Source: Peribolospora baueri
Taxonomy: Eukaryota
Length of the DNA stretch: 64,000 nt
Direction of reading: 5' to 3'
Assembly: GCA_029717555.1 (NCBI GenBank)
Contig: JAMDHS010000063.1
Span: 1 to 64,000, forward strand
Under the pieces are notes generated by a model. It was not told where the DNA came from. It searched no databases and saw only the letters and a program-made list of their open reading frames with translations. Made by a program: the position numbers and the translations under genes. Below, piece after piece: positions 50,631-63,269 of the stretch. The stretch's first letter is position 1. Every line of letters starts with the position of its first letter.

Positions 50631-51297
50631 GCCTTCCTCGAAGGCTGACTCTATGTATGTATGTAGGTGTGCATGGACGGACGGACGTATGTATGTACAG
50701 CACGCGACGACCGAGCCGGCATTCGCCATTCTCCCAAACCCGCCCGTCACGACCTTGTCAGGCGATGATGAGATGCCGCCTCGACAAGCGAGATCGGATC
50801 TTCGTGCAATGTGCATACATGCCTACAATATACAGACAGCACCCATGTCGCCTTCGTCGCGCCCGCAAATCCGTCAGACTGCCAAGGCCGCCCTCGAGCA
50901 CCCTTCCATGCACGCCACCTCGGCGCGCCCGCCCGCCCGTCTCGTCTCGCCTTGCACAGGAAAGGGAGACGTGGGCGATGGGCCGCGGCGCAGACGGGTG
51001 TGGGCGACGACCACCGGACGAGGAGCGAGCGACGAGCTGAACCCGGTTCGTCTGGAAGAATCAGCGGACCGCACGCGACGACGACCGATACCAAAACCGT
51101 CCGGCGCGCGATCGATGGAGATGGTGAACGCGCTCGAACACGCCTTTGGATCGGCCTCGACGACGTGGAATCGACGGCCCGGCTCGGATCGACGACCTAT
51201 CCCTCCGCGACGTCGATTGAGCCCCGGGCTCTGAATACATCGTGTCCGCAGTCGGAGCGTCGTACTGCCGCTCGCTTCCTAGACCTCCTCCGCCCGT

Positions 51298-53993
51298 CTA
51301 AGGCTTGAACTTCCTCTTCTGCATGCCGTGCCTCAGACCCCTCTTCTTTTTAAACGCCCCCGACGGCACGTTGTCGTTCCACGATCGCACCGACGGTGGC
51401 GGCTTCTTCCCGGTCCCACCGCTCGCACCACCATGGCCGCGACCGTGGCTACTCTTGCCGTTCTCGCCGCCCGAAAGGAGGAAGCGCCGCTCCGCTCGCT
51501 CGCCCAGGTCCTCTTCCTCGTCCTCCGAAAACCCACGCCCGCCGGGCGAAATACCGGACCCGTGCAGGAACGGAGACGTTCCTCCTCCTCCGCCCTTCTT
51601 CATCTTCCTCATCTGCTTCACTACCTGCGCGTGCGGTCGGAGCGGGGAGGAGCCGTAAAATGCAGCCGCCGCCAGACTCTCCGCGGCGGTCGTGGAGGTA
51701 GGCCGAACTGGCGATGAGGCCGAGAGCAGCGCCGGTCGTTTCGAAGGTCGCACCAATGGGCTCTCGTCGTCGTCCGTGCGGCCGTCACCGGCGGTGTCGT
51801 CATCGCTCCCGCTCTCCTCTTCGTCCGAATCCCTCTGCTCTATCGCCTTCCTTTTCCTCTTCCTCTCCTTTCGACTCGACTCGACCTCCAGACCACCACT
51901 GGCCTTGCCGGTGGAGTGAATGGCCCGCTCAAGCGCATCTCCCTTGTCGCGGACGTAGAAGAGCAGATAGGCGCTCTTGAGGTTGAGCGCGTGCCCGACG
52001 CTTGGTAACGTCGTCACTGACGAGTCATCCATCCGAGTCCACCTGCCCGACGGCGAAAGCACGTGCGCGTAGTAGTGCCCCGAGTGTGGACCCGAGCCGC
52101 TGTGCGAGACCACACCAACGAGACGGTAGATCGCGCCCGGCTGAAGCGATCAAACGAACATGTTAGTAATCAAAACCCACTTCGAGCCGATGAACATGGC
52201 AGGTGAGATGCCGCAAACCTCCTCTCACCTGCCCAGCGCTCATGAAAGGATGGATGTTCAGGTTATCGGAATAGCTGATGTGTTGGTTGATCTTGTTGCC
52301 CATGATGCCAAAACGCTTCAGCTGGATGGTCAGCACGCGGGGGGCCTCGTGGATGGTGAACTGCTTCGTCGCGTTCACCGGCATCTTGCACCTGAGACAG
52401 CGGACGTCAAACAAAAGCATCGCTCAGCCACCGTCTGCCGGCCGTGAGCATACGAAGCCTGCGTATGCACTCACTTCTGGCACTTGTACTTCTCGCTACC
52501 GACGAGTTTGTCGATGGCGACAAACTGCTTGAGTGCGTCGACGACGGACGTACAGCGTTTAATGTCCAACGATAGGTCCAGGCAGGGGTCAAACGTGTCG
52601 GACGGGTGCTTGCATTTGAGGCAGGTCACGCGGGAGCGCAGCTTGCCGCCGAAGATGCCGTGCACCCAGGTAGTCTGTTTGATCGCTTCTGGCAGCTTAC
52701 TGCAGCGCACCGATCGGCGTCGGAAGCGGAGGAAGAGGGGAGATGCTAAGGGTGCCTCCCAAACATAGGAGACTGTACGCGAGAAAGCCCACACTCACGG
52801 CTTGGTCCCAACCAGACAGTTCTGCTGCATCACTTCCACACCGCACCGTAAAAACTCATGTGCGTCCTCTTGTCGAAATATGCGCAACGTCCTCGATACA
52901 TCTGGATCGTTCGCATGCGTAAGAGAGCGCACACATGAGGAAAAGTCAAAAGGGTGATGCAGTCGCGACAAGGGACCACACCTTTGACGTGAGCAGCAAT
53001 GTTCTTGGGTGCAAAGCTTGAGCGGCCACGCTTAAAAGATTGCTCCATGACCGCAGTGAGAGCGCAGATCATGCAGAAACCTCTGACCGGACCTGCGTAT
53101 CGAGACGTAAGGAAGGAGCGATTAGAGAACCAATCGAGACAAGCTCGTCGAGACGCGGGTTGATCTTGGGCGATGCTCACAGCCGTCTTTGTGCGGTTGA
53201 GCGGTCAGGAGCAGGTTTGTGAGAGGCGGAGTGTGAAGAAGAGCTTGGAGCACCGAGTTGAGATAGCAGGTGTTGCCTATATGCACAAAAGCGGGAGAGG
53301 CAAGCATAAACGACTGGCCCCTCCATTCGAGCATTTCGGAACACCATCTCCTCTCGCTGCTCACCCAAGTTTACAAAACCCGCCCCCGTCCCGCTCAGTC
53401 CGGAAGGCCAGCCGAGCGCAATCGGCCTGTCCCACAGCTTGTACTTGGCCTTCATCTCGAGATCTCGGCCGGCTACTGCTTCGTCCCCGCGTTGCGGTGT
53501 GGGCGTCGATGGCGCGTGCAAAGACGACGTGCTGGACGTAGTCGAGTTGGTCAAAGCTGGAGTGAACTGTGAGGGCAGAGAAAGTGAGATGAAATAGATG
53601 AAGGAACACGAGGTGAGCTATCAAAGACGGGAGGGAACACGGCCATCGCCCGTCTGCCCAGCGTCGGAGGGGTCCAGCTTCGGCGGCTTCAGCGGTGCCC
53701 GTGCCCGTGAACAAGGGAGCAAGGAATGCAATTCGACGAACCTCTCGCTCCTTCCCCTTGCCCTTGTGGTCCTTCTTTCCGTTCACGAACGGCTCGTTGC
53801 AGGGCTCGTAAGGAATTTTGCCCATCGCGTTCGTCAGGGTGGTTCCCGGCACGAACTCGATCGGTTGGGCGAGGAGGGCCTCCACGCCGCCGACGGCCTT
53901 GAAAGCGGCACCGGAGGAGGAGAAGGACTGGTCATCATCGTCGAAGCGTTTGACGAGGGACTGCGGGCTTTGACTGGGCAAGACGGCCATCAT
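51298..53993 (-). CDS. Ubiquitin-specific protease, USP36/USP42-like (nucleolar type)
   Basis: Cys box GFVNLGNTCYLNSVLQAL; RQEDAHEFL; WVHGIFGGKLRSRVTC; VLTIQLKRF; His box VSHSGSGPHSGHYYA..W.RMDD..AYLLFY; basic C-terminal tail. Confidence 0.92.
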
Positions 53994-54897
53994 ATCGCCT
54001 CGGGAATGGGAGCGCGACGAGGAGGACCTCGAAAACGGCCGGGGAGGAGGACGTCGAAGAGCCGCGTCAGAGCCTAGTGGCGTGGCGAGGCGACGGAGGA
54101 GCGGCGAGAGCTTGAAACAAAGGGATAAACCGGCCAGAGCTGTAGGAGAGGATGAATAGAGGCGTTCAGAGGGATCGATGGTGCGTCGCAGTGTGTCTGG
54201 AGGTCGTGGAAGTCGGTCGGACGGTGATGCGCATCCATCCATCGACCCGCCGGCAAAAAGGTCCGCTGTGAAAAATCAACCTCCGCGCCTTACTTTGGTG
54301 AGGAAGGACGCGGCGCGTAAAGGGGCATCGGACGCGTCCCATCCGCACCGCACAACCCATCCGCCGTCCAGTTGGCAAGCCCCTGTCTTTGCGGTCATGT
54401 TAAGCGACGTCGCACCTCCTCGAGTCGAGTCGACTCGCCTGGAACACGAGACACGACGATCGGGAGAGCATCGATCCGAATTCCAAGTCCACCACGAGTC
54501 GTGAACGCGAGACACTGCTGAGGGACGCGATCCGAGGGCGTACGAGTGAAATCGATCAAGTGGAGCGGAGCCACGGCAGGCGCGACAACACAATGCCTGC
54601 TCAGCGCAGGCTGCCTGAGCATCGCAGCCGCGCAGCAAAGCAAACAACCCTACGAGATTCTCAACTTGCACTCGCTCGTGCGGCGGTCGCACTGACAGAC
54701 GCCATCGTCGCCAGTCGTGTGCGACCCAGGCGCACCCGTGTCCGCAGCAGGGACGCCCGCTGCCCTTTCACGGGCGTGGGAAGAAGGAACGGCGGGTTGT
54801 GGGGTGGTACGAGCGGCGATCGCATCCACGACGCCCGTCCTCCTCGAACCCTTCTTTCGTCCCACTCCCCTCTCCATCCTTGCTTTCCTTCCCCGCC

Positions 54898-57163
54898 ATG
54901 TCCTACGACCCTCTCAGCGCCGGCCCGCCGCCCGGTCCGGCCAACGGCGTCTGGGGTCCAGGATCGTCCTCGTCTGGCGTCTCCTCGCCCACTTCGCCTG
55001 GCACTCCGACCGCCGCCATTCCCTCACACACCGGTTCGCCGCGCTCCGTACACGCTGTCCTCCCCGGCGCCAATTCAACAGCGTCCGCCAACATGACCCA
55101 CGCTCCGCACGTTCCGGACAAGGCCGGCGGCGCCTACGCACCCCGTCCTCCGATGAGCCTCGGAGCTGGCCCGCAGCGGCAGGGCGCAGGGATAGGCCCA
55201 GCGAACGGGACGCGGCCCGACCTGTTCTTGAGGATCAGGATCGTGCAGATGGATCGCAATCGAAGGGATCTGACGTTCAAGTTGGATATTCATGTAAGTG
55301 ACGAGGCGCGTCTCCACCGCTCGTCCACGTGCTGCCAGTGGCCCGTCTTGCTCACCGGTCTCGTCCCATTATCATGTAGACCAACCTACCGCGATATCGC
55401 ATGTCCAACTACTCCCTTGTTGCACGGTCATACTCGGAGTTTCACATGCTTGCGGAGACGCTCGCCTGGAACTGTCCTCAAACCATCGTTCCATCCATAC
55501 CCTTCTCCACCACCTCCGCTCAGAACAATGAGGAGGACGACCGAATAGTGCGGGTGACGATGCAGCGATGGCTCCATCGCGTGTGCGAGAACGATGTGCT
55601 GAAAAAAGACGAAGAGGTCCGCGCGTTTGTCGAGAGCGACTTTGGGGTGAGTGCCTTCACTAGCGCTGCTCCCTGATGATTTCCGTCTGAACGCGACGGC
55701 GTTGCCCTCGTCACCTCGTCCAGTACACGCCATCGCCGCGACAATACCATAAACCTTCCACGTCTGCGTTTTCCAAGCTAGCAATGCGAGGGCGAGGCGT
55801 GCATGACGACGACGAGGAGCTGGCCGCGGCAAAGGAGGAAGTCACACGGCTCGAGGTGCAGTTCGGCTCCGCCGCAGATGCTCTCGAGCAAGTTTGTGTG
55901 GCTCGCAGGAACTTCGCGGCCGCGGATGCGGAGGCGAGCGCTAAGTTGGTTAACTTGGCCACCGCGGAAAATCACCCCCCGTTGGCCAACGGCTTGAGAA
56001 AGATGGGCAGAACGGTGCAGAACATCGCAGAGTTGAACATGGCTCAGGTGAGCCAGCATGACCTGAGATGCTCCTTTGGGCAATCGTGGACATGTAGCTG
56101 ATTCCGTATTCTTTTTATAATCCAGTCTGCCAGTGAGATGGTCACGTTGGCTGACTGTCTCGCCTATCAGTCTGCCAACATGCGGTCAGCCAAGGTAATT
56201 GCGATGCTGTCCGTTCAGCTTGAAGGTTTACGATGTTGAACCTTTCCGTCCCTTTGCTCGTCTGGAACGCAGTCGACGCTGCAGCAGCGGGCGCGAAGTC
56301 TTGAGGAGCAAGTGGAGGCGTCCAAGGCCATTATTTCGAAGCGTCGGAACATCGAACGGATGAAGAGCAGCACCAGTCTGAAGAGCGACCGTGTGGACGA
56401 AGCCCTGCAGGACTTGGAAGAGGTCAGTTGGTGTCTTCTCGTTAAGATTTCGTTGGTGACAGCAGCAGGCAGTAGACGATATTGAAAAGCTAACGCGTTT
56501 CGAATGTCAACTTCACTTTAGGCCAAGGAATTCCAGAAGCAATTGGACGAGCAACTACAGGCTATCGCGCAGAACCTGCATCAAGCCCTACACACGCACT
56601 CCAGACAAGCGCACCAGGACATTCAACAAGCTCTCTTTGAACACGCCCGTGCCAGTTTAATGTACGAGCGACAAGTGCTCAAGGAGATGGAGGCGCTCCG
56701 ACCGGACCTCAGGGCGATCACGAAGAGGGCAGCCGGTGTGCGATACGGGGTCGGTGCTGAAGGCGGTCCGGAAGGGTCGCCGCAGGTTGTCTACGCGCCG
56801 CCGGGTCCGCCTATCACACCTCACACCGCCGGCCCCACAGGGTCTTTCACTTCCCTCTCTCCCTCGCCTTCTCGACCTCGCTCCTCTTCCGGCTCAGACT
56901 TTGATCACCGTCCCGCCCAATCTCCACCGCGCAGCACGCGTCCCGAGGGGGGCTATCACGAACCCCTCCGTGGTGGCGGACGACCCTTTGATGGCACGCA
57001 GTCGCTCACCCTCGGACGCGCCACCAGCCACCTGGCCCACGGCGGCGGTGGTCCGCCAGGGGAGAAGCGCATCAACACGATGGCGCGCAGCGTGTTCGTC
57101 GAGGGGGAGCGGAAGCGCGTCGACGCTCGCGAGGCGGCGAGCAAGTTGGCAAACATGTTCTAG
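54898..57163 (+). CDS. VPS17: Retromer PX-BAR sorting nexin Vps17
   Basis: FLRIRIVQMDRNRRD; TNLPRYR...RSYSEF..L....PQTIVP; EEDDRIVRVTMQRWLHRVCEN; FVESDFGYTP; BAR region (ENHPPLANGLRKMGR; KRRNIERMKSSTSLKSDRVDEAL); C-terminal RVDAREAASKLANMF. Confidence 0.9.
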
Positions 57164-57324
57164 GACATCTATCTTTTTCCACCGCGGTGGCTTGGCTGGC
57201 TAGCTCGTGGTTGCAGCAATCTTGCAATTCCGGCACAGTTATCTTTTTTTTTTTTTTTTTTTTTTCCCCTACGAAGTTGTTGCCCAGCTTCTGCGCGTCC
57301 CGGGAGACGAAAGTTAAAGCGGCT

Positions 57325-59357
57325 TTATTTGACGTCGAGATCGACAAGCCTCTGCAGCTTCTTGATCACCGTCGGCCGCCGACCTTTATACATGGCAGTG
57401 ATGATCTCGGTCTCCTTCCACAGACCGCTCTCACTCTCCTTACGACCGCCTTTCCGATCCACGTCAGGCGGACCCGGCGGCTCGAGGCTGGTCTCGAAGA
57501 TGAGCGCCGATTGCTCCCCGCCATAGGCCCGGGAGATGCCTGTACGGAATGCGGAAAAACATTGCGGAAGAATAGACGTTGTCAAGCCCACGGTGCGCCT
57601 TTCGCCCCAAGTCCGATGCGACGCAAATGGAAAGCGCGCGGCATAAAACCTGGTCTTCGCAGCCGCTTTGCCCGCTCACCAGTGTCTATGAGCAGTATGG
57701 AAGCATCGCATCGTACCTGTCATCCATCGGGACAGGGAGGTGTGAAAAACGTTTCAATTTGCTTGATCGGACATTGGAAGTGAACGAAAGACTCGGGACT
57801 CACGATGAACCCGGTAGGATGAGGCGTGTGTCCCATGACCAAATGTCGCACCCCTTGCCCGAGCCGCTTCTTGGCCAAGTTGGCCCACCCGCACACCTTG
57901 TCTCTGTCCGTCTCGTAAGCGTACCCTCGGAACCACAGCGGGCCGTCCTCCGAATACAGGGCCTTCTCCAAGTCCGTCGTATCGCTCGGCAGCGGCGCTC
58001 CCGGCTTGACCAGCCCCTCCTCCTCCTGGCGCTTCAGGGCCTTGAACATCAGCGACTTTCCCAGCTCGTTGAGCGTCTCGATGCCCATGCCGGCCCACCA
58101 CGGTGGCATGCCCCCATGGACAAAGTTGACGGACGGAGGGACGTAGCCCGATCCGGTCATCGGCAGCCCTTCGGTGGGCAAGAGAGGGACGTTGGCCGTC
58201 AGGGTGTAGTTCTGCAGCCAGTTGCGCCCGATCCAGCCGGAAGGGGTGATGGCCTGGACACGTGGTTGGATGCCGCCGAAGGAGGCTATGTCGCCCGGAG
58301 TGACGTATCTGAGGTCATGAATGGGATTGCGAAACGTTAAGGATAGGGAGAGACGTAGATGGAGGATCGTCAGAGGAGGCCTTGAGCATAGCTCGAAGCT
58401 GGCAGACACGAGCGCGATATACTTCGCCTTCTCACCGCCAGTCGCCCAAAGCGTTCATGTACTCATGCTGTGAGCGAAGGGAAAAAAAAACAGCCAGTCA
58501 GTACGCGCGCGCAACGCAGACAAGGGTGGGGAATAGAAGAGACGATCGCTCACGTTTCCCAGGATCTGAACAACCTTGCCGCCCACGGCCTCGGCTTCTA
58601 CGCGCAGACGCTCGAACATTTCGTATAGCGCGATGGTGTCGTCACCGCGGTCGACGATGTCGCCCGTGTTGACCAAAATGTCCTATCCAGGCGCCGAGAA
58701 GAAGAAGAAAGAACACACTCCACGGTCAATCAACCTCCCGCTCCGCCTCTTCTTGCCGTCCTTCCCTCAAAAGAGAAAGAAAAGGCCGCCTGCCCCCACC
58801 TTGCCCCCGCACCAGTTTCCCGTCCGGTCCACCAGCCCGGCGAGCCTGAGTACGTTGAGGGTGTGAGGCAAATCGCCATGAACGTCGGCGACGGCGACGA
58901 CGCGCTGATGGAAAGTGCGCTGCGCCGCCCAGTCGGAAGGCTGGAGCGCTTTGTCATCATCGTGGGCGTCCTGGAAAACCGGAGAGCCCGGGCGTGGGAA
59001 GAGCTGGTCTTGCTCGCCGACGACGGCCTTTCCTCTGCTCCCCTCTAGAGACCCGCCGGCTTCCGCTCCTCCTTGCCGCCCGCCTGCCACCAGGAGGGCG
59101 CCACCGCCGAGGGCGGGCATCGTCTTTGCTGCAGCAGCCGGTGCCATTGTCGTGGGTGCGAGCAAGGAGGAATGCGCCCCGTCGCCTCCTTCGCCGCCGA
59201 TATCGTGGTCGTAGCCAAAAAGAGAGGAAGAGAGGAAAGACGAGGGCGGCCGGTCCGGGGAGAAGAAGAGGTGACTCGGGTACCAGACGCAGAGGAAGAC
59301 GGCCGCGATCAAGGCCGCGGGGAGAAGTCGTCCGCAGTGGCGGCGGAGGAACGCCAT
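57325..59357 (-). CDS. Shewanella-like (SLP/Shelph) metallophosphoesterase with an N-terminal signal-anchor
   Basis: ADVHGD, TGDIVDRG, ILGNHEYMN, FVHGG, DGPLWFRGY, MGHTP and (I/L)IDTGIS motifs; hydrophobic LLPAALIAAVFLCVW near the N-terminus. Confidence 0.9.
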
Positions 59358-60094
59358 GATTGAGGGCGACCGGAGGATCGGGTGGGCCAGAAAACCGGTG
59401 GAGGCGAGAAAGACGGACTGATTCAGCAATGGAAAGGAGCAACGACGGAAGCAGTCATCTGTGGAGATTTGGCGGCACGGCAACGTTTCCGTCCACGTGA
59501 TCGTCGGCCCGGCAACGGGGATTGCACCATGTTGACCAACGCTCGATGTCATCGGATGGAGTATGTGAGACCCTTCGTTTGACATGGGCGCCTGACGACA
59601 CTCTCAAGCGCTCGCTGGGGACTCGACGTGGATTGTACTCTTCAGGTAAGGTGAATCGAAACAAATTTTACTCTTCAGGATCGACGTCTGGAGGTAAAGC
59701 ATCCCAAAAATTGATACAGGGGCTATGCGCGGAGTAAGCAGATGGAGTGAAATCGCACATGAGGAAACCCGAGAAAAATTGGTGCAGGAAGGAGGAGGTC
59801 GAAGAGGGAGGATAAAACGGGATGAGGAGGGCAGGAAAGGACGAGACGGGAATGAGAGTACGAGAAGGAGTGTGTTGTCTTGTAGTACAAGCAATGGGCA
59901 CACCTAAACCGAGAAAGGGATGAAGACGGGGGAATGGAATGATATGGGACGCGGGCTCGGACGACATGAAGAGGACATCACCCACGAAGTCCCGCTCCGA
60001 GGGGACCTTGGGCCGGGAAAAAGCTCGCGCGAGTCCATGATCGCGACGAGAGGACAAAGGACATGGAGCCCATAGGTCCGTTTGAGATTTTGGC

Positions 60095-63000
60095 TCACGC
60101 GAGACGGGCGTCCGGCAAGCGGGAATCGAGGAGGCGCTTGTTGTAAAGGCGGATGAGCTTGACAATGCGCGACGGCTTGCGGACGGGGGCACCGTCTTCG
60201 GCGCGGTCGAGTTCGAACTGGAAGAAGCCGAAGGGAGATCAAGAGAGGGCGGAAGGGTCAGGACGATCCACTCTCATGCCACGCAGGCGTCGCAGACATT
60301 GCTTTAAAATAAATACGGGCGCATCGGGGATCACATGCTCACCTCGGGCAAGATGATAGCGCAAACGAGTCCCAGGGCGGCGATGGGAATGAAGATGAGG
60401 AAGATCACGCGCAGCGACTGGACGTAGGCGTCGATGATAAGCTGCTGATCCGCATGGCTAAAGTTAGGAGGGAGGTGGTAGACCTCGAGAGGGCTGTCCT
60501 GCACCGTGTCGAGAAGGTCGTCGCTGAACTTGGAGCCCAACGCGCTGTCGAGCTTGCGCGACAGCAGGAGGTTCAGCAGCATGTTGCTAACTGGAGGATG
60601 CACGACGGTGACGAAAAAGAAACATCAGCGCGCGCTTGTCTCGAAAATACCAACGTGAAGACCTTTCGACTCACTGGCCAACCCGACAACACCTCCGATG
60701 TTCCTAAAGAAGTTCCTCACAGCGGTCGTCATGGCAACCTGTGCGAGGGAGGGAAGGAGGCCGAACGCACGCGGAAGGGACATTTGTGAGCCCATGTCAG
60801 CGAGGGCGGAAGGACATCAGAGAGGCTCGTTCGTACCTGGGACTTGTGCGTCGCGCTCTGGGCGGCCACGAGCGAGTTCTGCATCTGACAGCCGAAGCCG
60901 ATGCCGGTGATGAGCATGAAGATGATTTCCGTCCAGGTCGGCGTGGACTGCTGCATGGTGTAGATGAGCGAGGCGCCGATGACTTGGAAGACGGAGGCGA
61001 TGATGAGCGAGAAGGAGTAGTTGCCCGTCCAGGAGGTGACAAGTCCGGAGAACCAGGATAGGACCTGAAGAGGAAAGAGAACACATGAGCTGGGCTTGTC
61101 GCTGTCTCGTCGCAAGGTGCATTCGCTATTAAGCATTGGGACCTACAATGCTGGAGAGGACGACGGGCATGAGGCTGAGCGAGCTCTCAACGACGCCTTG
61201 CGCGCTGGCGATCTGGAAGAAGATCGGCAGGAAGTAGATCGACGCTGAAGGAGGGCAGAGAAATGAGCACGGGCATTTCGGAGGGGGGAGAGGAGAGGAC
61301 AAGAGGACTCACCATAGCTGTGCCGTGCAACAAGCAAGGACGTTGTTCGTGGCAAACGAGGAGAGGAGAACGTTCAATATGAGCTGTGTCCAGTGTCGTC
61401 GAACGTAGGGAGGGCGACTCACAAGAAATAGCCGAAGGTCCCGTTAAGGACGAACACGATGCTGTTTCAACGTGGGGACAGGACGAGGACGGTCAGCGAC
61501 CAGCGTGACGATGACGAGCGCGGCCGGGACTAGGGCCGGGACTCGAAACTCACACGACAGGTATGTTCCTGAAGATGGCCAAAGGCATGACAGGCATTTT
61601 GGCAACCTTCCATTCGACGAGGACGAACAAAAAGAGCAAGGCGATGCCGCCGAAGAAGAAGCCTGAGACTATGGGCGAGGTGAAAGGCCGGCGTGGAGGG
61701 GCGAGCATGTTGAGAGCCAGCTGAGCGGGACGAGGACGGTGGGTCGTGAGTCAACATTGCGGTCTATTCTGGTCAATCACGACCTCGGCCAGTCACAACA
61801 GGTTGGCGACGCTCACCATGACCAGAACGCATCCGCTGACGAGAGTGAGGATGCCTAAGTAGTCCACCGACCTGATCTTCTCCCACATGAGATCCTTTTT
61901 CCGCGTCCCGATAGTGGGGAGGAAGAAGATCGTGGAGACCATACACACGGCGATGATGGGGAGCTGGAAGTAAAAAGCCCATCGCCAGCTGCAAAAAGTG
62001 GCCGAGGTGAAGAAGGGAGGGAGGTGGTGCATCAGTCCATCGTCCATGGTGTACGGTCACGGGAGCAAGCAGGCGAGGACAGGAAAGGGTGATGCTCACG
62101 AGACTTTTTGGCCAAAGACGCCTCCGACGACAGGGCCGATGATGCTTCCCGCGCCGTTGATGGCGCCGAGGATGCCATGGTACTTTCCGCGATGACGCAG
62201 GTTGACGACGTCGGAGACGCAAATGTGTACCTGAAACAAGGTGGCGGTGGGGTGTGAGCTCGGACATTAGTGACCAGCTCTTAACTGACTGACACGCGCC
62301 GATTCTCTTTTCCGTCGCGGGAGTCTGCGAGTTCAGATGTCCCGAAGGTATCGGTGCGGGCGTCTTGTGCTCACCATCGAAAACAAGCCACCTCCGCCGA
62401 TACCGGCGATCGCCCTTCCGAAGATGAGCGCCATCATACTCGGCGCAGCTCCGCAGAGGGCAGTGCCGCCAAGGAAGATGAGCTGAGCGGCAAGAAAAGC
62501 GGATTTCCGGCCGAAGACGTCGGAAAGTCGACCATAGAGCGGGGAGCACGCTTCGTTGTCGAACAAAAGAGACAGGTGGTGAGATGAGACGGACTCGTTC
62601 AGGCGTGTCCGGCCTTGGGGAGTCGCACTCACAGGTCGAAGACAAGAGGAAGGCAGTGCCGACCCAAGAGATCTGTTTTGCGGCTCCAAACTCGGACGAA
62701 ATGACCGGCGTCAAGCACGCCACGATCGTCTTACCGGCGATGAAGGAGAACAAAAAAGAGTGAGCGAGGCGAGTGCAACAACGGCGGCGCGCTGCTGAGA
62801 CTCACCTGGTCGAGGGAGGTCAAGAGGACGGCGAGAGCGAGACAGGCGTATACGATGAGGAACTGTATGATCAAGCAGAAGGTGAAACGATCCGATGAGC
62901 ACGACGACGGCACAGCAGGCCGGACCGTACTCCTGCCACGCCTCCGGGCTTCACCTGTTTTAAGGGGATAAGACGACCATGGGGGGGAACAGCGTCGACC

Positions 63001-63269
63001 GGTTGCGTTTGCTCCTCCTTGGATGGTTCTTGCTCTTCTTTTGCCGAGTCTCCGGAGATCGTCTGAGCGTCGGATTCCAGTCGAGGATCGCGAACCAGCT
63101 GGGGTTCGCGCAAGCCGACCTCCAGCGTGGTGGTCTGTACGTCGTGACCATCGCCTTCCTTCTTCTCGCCGCCACACTCATTGACGTCGGTGAGGGTGCG
63201 GGCGAGAGAGTGCGTCGAAGGGTTACGAGAGGGGTACGCTGAGGGGTAGCGGGACGACCTGGCCGACAT
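60095..63269 (-). CDS. MFS drug:H+ antiporter (DHA14/DHA2 family), many exons
   Basis: LLTSLDQTIV; WVGTAFLL; PLYGRLSDVFGRK (motif A); GRAIAGIGGGG; RHRGKYHG; WRWAFY; VDYLG; YFLPIFFQ; terminal exon FELDRAED...ARLA* (TGA 60095-60097). Confidence 0.92.

Noticed and set aside
55674..55690. TGATGA...CTGA box C/D-like pair in a VPS17 intron
   Set aside because: Boxes are only a few nt apart, too short for a snoRNA.
43530..63269. LovD-like esterase plus MFS transporter as a secondary metabolite cluster
   Set aside because: About 15 kb apart, separated by housekeeping genes, with no PKS/NRPS/terpene synthase in the window.
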